Source: Methylophilaceae bacterium (GTDB lineage: Bacteria > Pseudomonadota > Gammaproteobacteria > Burkholderiales > Methylophilaceae). Taken from it: a stretch of 64,000 nt of DNA. Below the pieces are notes generated by a model that made no database searches, had not been told where the DNA came from, and saw only the letters and a list, made by a program, of their open reading frames with translations. Shown here piece by piece: positions 59,681 to 64,000 of this stretch. The stretch covers positions 11,024 through 75,023 of the forward strand of contig JAZGEZ010000026.1 in the NCBI GenBank assembly GCA_036479055.1, read 5' to 3'. Within the stretch, counting starts at the first letter, position 1; each line of letters begins with the position of its first letter. The position numbers and the translations under genes are program-made.

Positions 59681-59718
59681 CCTAAATATAGGCTTAATTT
59701 TGGAGAACAGTCTCTCTT

Positions 59719-60543
59719 ATGAATCAACCTAACCTACCAAACAACCCATTAGAGGGTATTGAAGATGTCCAAAACACACCCGATGTCCGTCACCTAGACA
59801 TTAATAAGGTTGGTATTAAATCGATTCGTCATCCGGTTATCGTTAAAGACAAAAATGGTGGCGAGCAAAATACAGTTGCCATTTTCGACATGTATGTACA
59901 TTTGCCCCACAACTTTAAAGGGACGCACATGTCTCGTTTTGTTGAAATTCTTAATATGAATGAGCACGCAATATCAATAGAATCTTTTGAAACTATCTTG
60001 CAAGAGATGGTACAAAGACTGGAAGCAAGCTCCGGTTATGTAGAAATGCGATTCCCCTATTTTGTCAACAAATCAGCTCCTATATCAGGGGTTAACAGCT
60101 TATTAGACTACGATGTTACTTTCATTGGCGAAATTAAAGACAATCAATTTAGCATCACTGTAAAAGTACTCGTACCAGTGACTAGCTTATGCCCTTGCAG
60201 CAAGAAAATATCTGATTATGGCGCACATAATCAACGCTCACATGTCACCATTACTGCACAGATTAACGACTTTATTTGGATAGAAGATATTATTACTTTA
60301 GTTGAGGAACAAGCCTCTTGTGAGCTTTATGGTTTGCTAAAACGTCCTGATGAGAAATACGTCACAGAACGCGCTTATGATAACCCTAAGTTTGTAGAGG
60401 ACATGGTGCGCGATGTTGCTTCAGCGTTAAATGCTGAAAAACGTGTCGATGCTTATGTGGTAGAAAGTGAGAATTTCGAATCCATACACAATCACTCAGC
60501 TTACGCATTAATCGAACATGACAAAAGAGTTAACCCATCATAA
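59719..60543 (+). CDS. folE2: GTP cyclohydrolase FolE2 (type IB)
   Basis: 274 aa. [32 protein letters not shown] and HNQRS blocks are typical of FolE2/MptA. Confidence 0.9.
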   Translation: MNQPNLPNNPLEGIEDVQNTPDVRHLDINKVGIKSIRHPVIVKDKNGGEQNTVAIFDMYVHLPHNFKGTHMSRFVEILNMNEHAISIESFETILQEMVQRLEASSGYVEMRFPYFVNKSAPISGVNSLLDYDVTFIGEIKDNQFSITVKVLVPVTSLCPCSKKISDYGAHNQRSHVTITAQINDFIWIEDIITLVEEQASCELYGLLKRPDEKYVTERAYDNPKFVEDMVRDVASALNAEKRVDAYVVESENFESIHNHSAYALIEHDKRVNPS

Positions 60544-60582
60544 AACACCTCACATTTAACACTCAATATTTAAAGGTCATTT

Positions 60583-60801
60583 ATGCAAGACAAAACAGTT
60601 AATAAAGAAACCGCACCTATGTTTCAAGTCATTAAAGCAGTGCTATGGGGCATGCTTGGTGTTAGAGGGCAAAAAGGTTACGAAGATGATGTCGCAAAAA
60701 TTACACCAAAGCAAGCCATCATCGCCGGTATTATTGGTGCAATTATTTTCGTGTTGACTGTAATAACCTTGGTCAACTTGGCTATCAACTATCTTGGTTA
60801 A
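60583..60801 (+). CDS. DUF2970-family small membrane protein
   Basis: 72 aa. VIKAVLWGMLGVRGQKGYEDD followed by a single C-terminal TM segment. Confidence 0.6.
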   Translation: MQDKTVNKETAPMFQVIKAVLWGMLGVRGQKGYEDDVAKITPKQAIIAGIIGAIIFVLTVITLVNLAINYLG

Positions 60802-60849
60802 CGTGTACTATTATATTCATGTATTAAATTTATTAAAAAGGAATCAAAC

Positions 60850-61053
60850 ATGTCATCTGTAGCAAAAGTTATTGAAATCATCGCCTCTAGTGAAAAAAGT
60901 TTTGAAGATGCTGTCGAAAACGGCGTTAAAAAAGCATCAGAATCATTGGAAGACGTCACTAGTGCTTGGGTACAAGACCAAAGTGTAAAAGTGAAAAATG
61001 GTAAAGTAACGAGATACCGCGTCGTGCTAAAAGTGACATTTGTCATTAAATAA
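60850..61053 (+). CDS. Dodecin-family flavin-binding protein
   Basis: 67 aa. VAKVIEIIASSEKSFEDAV..G...A...L.......V......V..GK...YRV.LKVTF is the dodecin pattern. Confidence 0.8.
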   Translation: MSSVAKVIEIIASSEKSFEDAVENGVKKASESLEDVTSAWVQDQSVKVKNGKVTRYRVVLKVTFVIK

Positions 61054-61055
61054 AA

Positions 61056-61098
61056 GCACTTGAAGTTAAGCGCTTTGAATTAAGTACTTTGAAGTTAA
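61056..61098. repeat. Three imperfect ~14-bp tandem repeats (GCACTTGAAGTTAA / GCGCTTTGAATTAA / GTACTTTGAAGTTAA) between dodecin and its terminator
   Basis: Read directly. Confidence 0.8.
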
Positions 61099-61107
61099 AT
61101 GTTAAAT

Positions 61108-61133
61108 AAAAAACGGGCTTACGCCCGTTTTTT
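61108..61133. terminator. Bidirectional rho-independent terminator between dodecin and the convergent protease gene
   Basis: CGGGC-TTAC-GCCCG hairpin flanked by A6 and T6. Confidence 0.8.
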
Positions 61134-61156
61134 ATTTAACTTAAACCAATGGCAAT

Positions 61157-61816
61157 CTAATACTTTTTAGTCAGTGTCAATGTCGTGTTCTCACGCTTCA
61201 TTACTAATCTATTTTGTGCAGACATGCCAAGCAATACGACTGGTGGAGAGGCGCCCTCCAAAACTACAGCTTGCACATTATTCAACACGATCGACCCTAT
61301 TTTTAACGTATTAATCGTCACTGAATAAGCTTCTACAATACCATTAGCCGTTGAGGCTCTAACTTTTTTTCCTCTTGCATAATCAATGTTGGCTGATTTT
61401 GCAGCACCACTATTCATCGCAACACTTGTCGCCCCAGTGTCAACTAGATACCTAAGCGATGCGCCATTAATGGTTAGGTTTCCGAAAAAATGTCCTTTCG
61501 TATCAGCATATAAATGCACAGGGCTGTTAACACCTTCTCCTGAAGATGCACGAGAAGAGCCTACTGATGCGGCCTGTCCCATTTTAAGCACTTGCCGTTT
61601 ACCCTCAATCACCAAAGTCGCTGCACTACTATTAGCGGAAATCAACTTAACCCCTTGTTTGGTTTGTCCTGCTCTTATGCTGTGTGGCCCACTACCGTTA
61701 ATCATCAACAATGCTTTATTGTTAAACAATCCAACTACATTGACTTGCGTACCAGCAAATACTTGCATGGCAAGACATAAACTGGTGACCAATAATACTT
61801 TGTAAAAGTTAATCAT
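61157..61816 (-). CDS. Retropepsin-like (clan AA, TIGR02281-type) aspartic protease with an extra N-terminal domain, exported
   Basis: 219 aa with a signal peptide. GHFFGNLTINGASLRYLVDTGATSVAMN carries the D-T-G catalytic triplet. The C-terminal LLGMS block is present. Confidence 0.7.
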   Translation of the reverse strand: MINFYKVLLVTSLCLAMQVFAGTQVNVVGLFNNKALLMINGSGPHSIRAGQTKQGVKLISANSSAATLVIEGKRQVLKMGQAASVGSSRASSGEGVNSPVHLYADTKGHFFGNLTINGASLRYLVDTGATSVAMNSGAAKSANIDYARGKKVRASTANGIVEAYSVTINTLKIGSIVLNNVQAVVLEGASPPVVLLGMSAQNRLVMKRENTTLTLTKKY

Positions 61817-61981
61817 TTTTCATTTACCTTTTTTTAAACGTGGCATAAATCTAATAGACCTATTCACCACACGCCTTCACTACTTGAAGCCACACCCTAT
61901 CATAACAAAGCCTAGTAACGGAGAAAGTACAGTGACTCTCAGTGTGTTCACTTAAATGCTGGGCTCTATCGTTTGTTAATA

Positions 61982-62494
61982 TTATTGAAGCTTGTGCTTC
62001 CTACCGAGTGTCATGATGGCATTATCTCGTTTCACATCTAACTTTTTCTGTGCAGATATTCCTAGCAACACGTATGGAGGAGAGTCCCCTTCGACTATTG
62101 TCGTCTCCACGTTATTCAGCACCGCAGTACCTATCATCAATCCATTTAGCATCAAACTAAAAGCCTGCACTTCTCCGCCGGGGGTGACCAAACTAACCCT
62201 TTCCCCTTTGGTGTAATCAATGTTGGCTTGCTTTGCATCGTTACTATTTAAAGTAACATTGCTTGCTCCGCTATCTACAATGTATTTAAGTGATACACCG
62301 TTGATACTTAAGTTCCCAAAAAAATGACCTTCTTCATCTGCGTATAAAACCACCGGGGTATCGACACCGTTACCTGATGAGACTGGCAAACTTTCAATGA
62401 ATGGATCTGCTGACTTACCGCTAAGCAGAATTACCAGCATGACGGCACACAAACTTGCAAAAAATAGTACGCTTTTTAACTTAAACATGTTCAT
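61982..62494 (-). CDS. Retropepsin-like (clan AA, TIGR02281-type) aspartic protease, paralog with D-S-G
   Basis: 170 aa with a TM segment or signal peptide. GHFFGNLSINGVSLKYIVDSGASNVTLN and LLGIS. Collinear with the C-terminal 130 aa of the neighbouring protease. Confidence 0.7.
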   Translation of the reverse strand: MNMFKLKSVLFFASLCAVMLVILLSGKSADPFIESLPVSSGNGVDTPVVLYADEEGHFFGNLSINGVSLKYIVDSGASNVTLNSNDAKQANIDYTKGERVSLVTPGGEVQAFSLMLNGLMIGTAVLNNVETTIVEGDSPPYVLLGISAQKKLDVKRDNAIMTLGRKHKLQ

Positions 62495-62511
62495 TCACCT
62501 TTCAAGCTGCC

Positions 62512-63681
62512 TTAACCAAACATCTCTTTTCCACCATGTGTTTTTGCCAATTTCAGGCCAACCGCAATGACTGCAAAGCCCGCTAATGGGAATGCAGCTG
62601 CCAATAGAAATGTAAGTTGGCCGCCTAGGTATTGTAAAGAATAACCACCCGCTATTCCACCAATAGCACCACCCACGCCATACGTAATGCTGTTGTAAAT
62701 GGCCTGCCCTTTGGCTTGATGGCGGCCATTAAAAAATTGAGCAACGACCTCAATCGAGGCGGCATGAAAGCTGCCAAAAGTTGCTGCATGTAGACTTTGT
62801 GCAATTAGCAATAAGAACAGGTTATCTACAGCAACGCCTATCATTGCAAATCGGAGTACAGCTAAAGCCAAACTGATTAATAAAATAACCTTAAGACTCA
62901 ACCTACTCATGATTTTTGGCATCAGCATAAACACGACGATTTCACAAACAACACCTACTGACCAAAGCAAACCGATCATCGCTTTACTGTAACCATGCTC
63001 TGCTAAATAGATTGAATAAAAGTTATAAAGCACACCATGTGCCGTGACCATTAACGCACAGCCTACTAGCAGCGCAATCACAGCAGGGTTGCGAATAATG
63101 TTCCATACAGAAGCATTATCGGTATGGTGTGGCGCAACTTTCACCTCTCGCAGTGTAAATGTCAGTAAAAATAAAACCACTTGCACCATCAATATTGCCC
63201 AAAGCAAACTCGAAATGCCCGCCCAATCGATGACATAACCCAGCACAACAGAGGCTGCAATAAAACCAACGGATCCCCACATACGGATACGGCTGTAATG
63301 TCCTTTAGTATTCGCCAGATGTGCAAGCGTCAATGATTCTGATAACGGCATGATAGAACTGGTGAATAAACTTAATGCCGCCATGACAAATAACATAGGC
63401 CAAAAACCATGCGCCCAAAATACGGCAATAAACCCTAATACACCTAACACTGTATTCAGTTGAATCCAAACCGTCCGCTTTGCGGTGTGGTCTGCTAGCC
63501 AGCCCCAGAAGTTTGGTGCAAAAATTCGGCTAATCTGAAACAGTGACATGAGAATGCCAATATCCGCAGGAGAGAATTTTTCTGACTGTAGATATAGCCC
63601 CCAATAAGGGACAAAAGCACCCACAAAGAAGTAATAAATAAAATAAAAACGTGAAAGATTGCTATGTAACGTATGACTCAA
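62512..63681 (-). CDS. MFS transporter (HcaT / MFS_1_like type)
   Basis: 389 aa with about 12 TM segments. N-terminal FYFFVGAFVPYWGLYL and ISRIFAPNFWGWLADH blocks. Confidence 0.75.
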   Translation of the reverse strand: MSHTLHSNLSRFYFIYYFFVGAFVPYWGLYLQSEKFSPADIGILMSLFQISRIFAPNFWGWLADHTAKRTVWIQLNTVLGVLGFIAVFWAHGFWPMLFVMAALSLFTSSIMPLSESLTLAHLANTKGHYSRIRMWGSVGFIAASVVLGYVIDWAGISSLLWAILMVQVVLFLLTFTLREVKVAPHHTDNASVWNIIRNPAVIALLVGCALMVTAHGVLYNFYSIYLAEHGYSKAMIGLLWSVGVVCEIVVFMLMPKIMSRLSLKVILLISLALAVLRFAMIGVAVDNLFLLLIAQSLHAATFGSFHAASIEVVAQFFNGRHQAKGQAIYNSITYGVGGAIGGIAGGYSLQYLGGQLTFLLAAAFPLAGFAVIAVGLKLAKTHGGKEMFG

Positions 63682-63693
63682 AGGAATGTAGTG

Positions 63694-64000
63694 TTAAAGC
63701 TTAGGGATTGAACTGACTACATCTGCATTCTGGCCACGATGACGTAGCGCATGATCCATTAACACTAACGCTAGCATCGCCTCCGCAATAGGTGTTGCAC
63801 GCACGCCTACACAGGGGTCATGCCTGCCAGTAGTCTGCATTGTGACATCATTGCCATCTTTATCAATGGAGCGGCGCTCTTGTGGAATGCTAGAGGTTGG
63901 TTTTAACGCAATGTTGATACGCAACTCTTGCCCTGTTGAGATGCCCCCCAACACTCCCCCTGCATGATTGCTAATAAAGCCTTTTGCCGTCATCTCATCA
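63694..64000 (-). CDS. aroC: Chorismate synthase, C-terminal part (5' end outside the window)
   Basis: [20 protein letters not shown] and [18 protein letters not shown] blocks. The frame stays open to the window edge. Confidence 0.9.
   Translation of the reverse strand, partial: DEMTAKGFISNHAGGVLGGISTGQELRINIALKPTSSIPQERRSIDKDGNDVTMQTTGRHDPCVGVRATPIAEAMLALVLMDHALRHRGQNADVVSSIPKL

Overview
This is a dense 64-kb stretch of mostly core chromosome with about 70 CDSs. GC looks low to mid 40s % by eye; I did not compute it. The gene order looks betaproteobacterial: nadE-glnB; kdsB-ycaR-lpxK-msbA-exbDB-comEC-lolDC; ribE-ribB; yqgE-ruvX-pyrR-pyrB-pyrC'; pilTU next to yggS-proC-yggT; rng-maf; mnmA; nadC; ilvIHC; psd; rppH; xseB-ispA-dxs; folE2; aroC. 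A PQQ dehydrogenase, a YVTN propeller and an MxaD-like SRPBCC protein hint at a methylotroph, but that is inference only. I found no rRNA, tRNA, CRISPR array, transposase, integrase, prophage gene or recognisable defence gene, so I cannot support a defence-island-type new system here. The items most worth follow-up are: (1) a tandem pair of ~550-aa paralogs with a conserved unknown N-terminal domain fused to a PilZ-like module; (2) a perfect Fur 7-1-7 operator inside a near-consensus promoter that drives an unrecognisable 66-aa ORF, or possibly an sRNA; (3) a lone dynamin-family protein with substituted G1 and G3 motifs in an envelope/division neighbourhood; (4) tandem retropepsin-like proteases, one DTG and one DSG; (5) two short tandem type IVa pilin genes, only the first of which has a perfect sigma54 promoter; (6) an orphan GspE/PilB-like ATPase; (7) several exact 12-14 bp tandem duplications at gene boundaries, one of which creates a mini-uORF over the rppH start. 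All family assignments come from motif recognition by eye. No searches were run.
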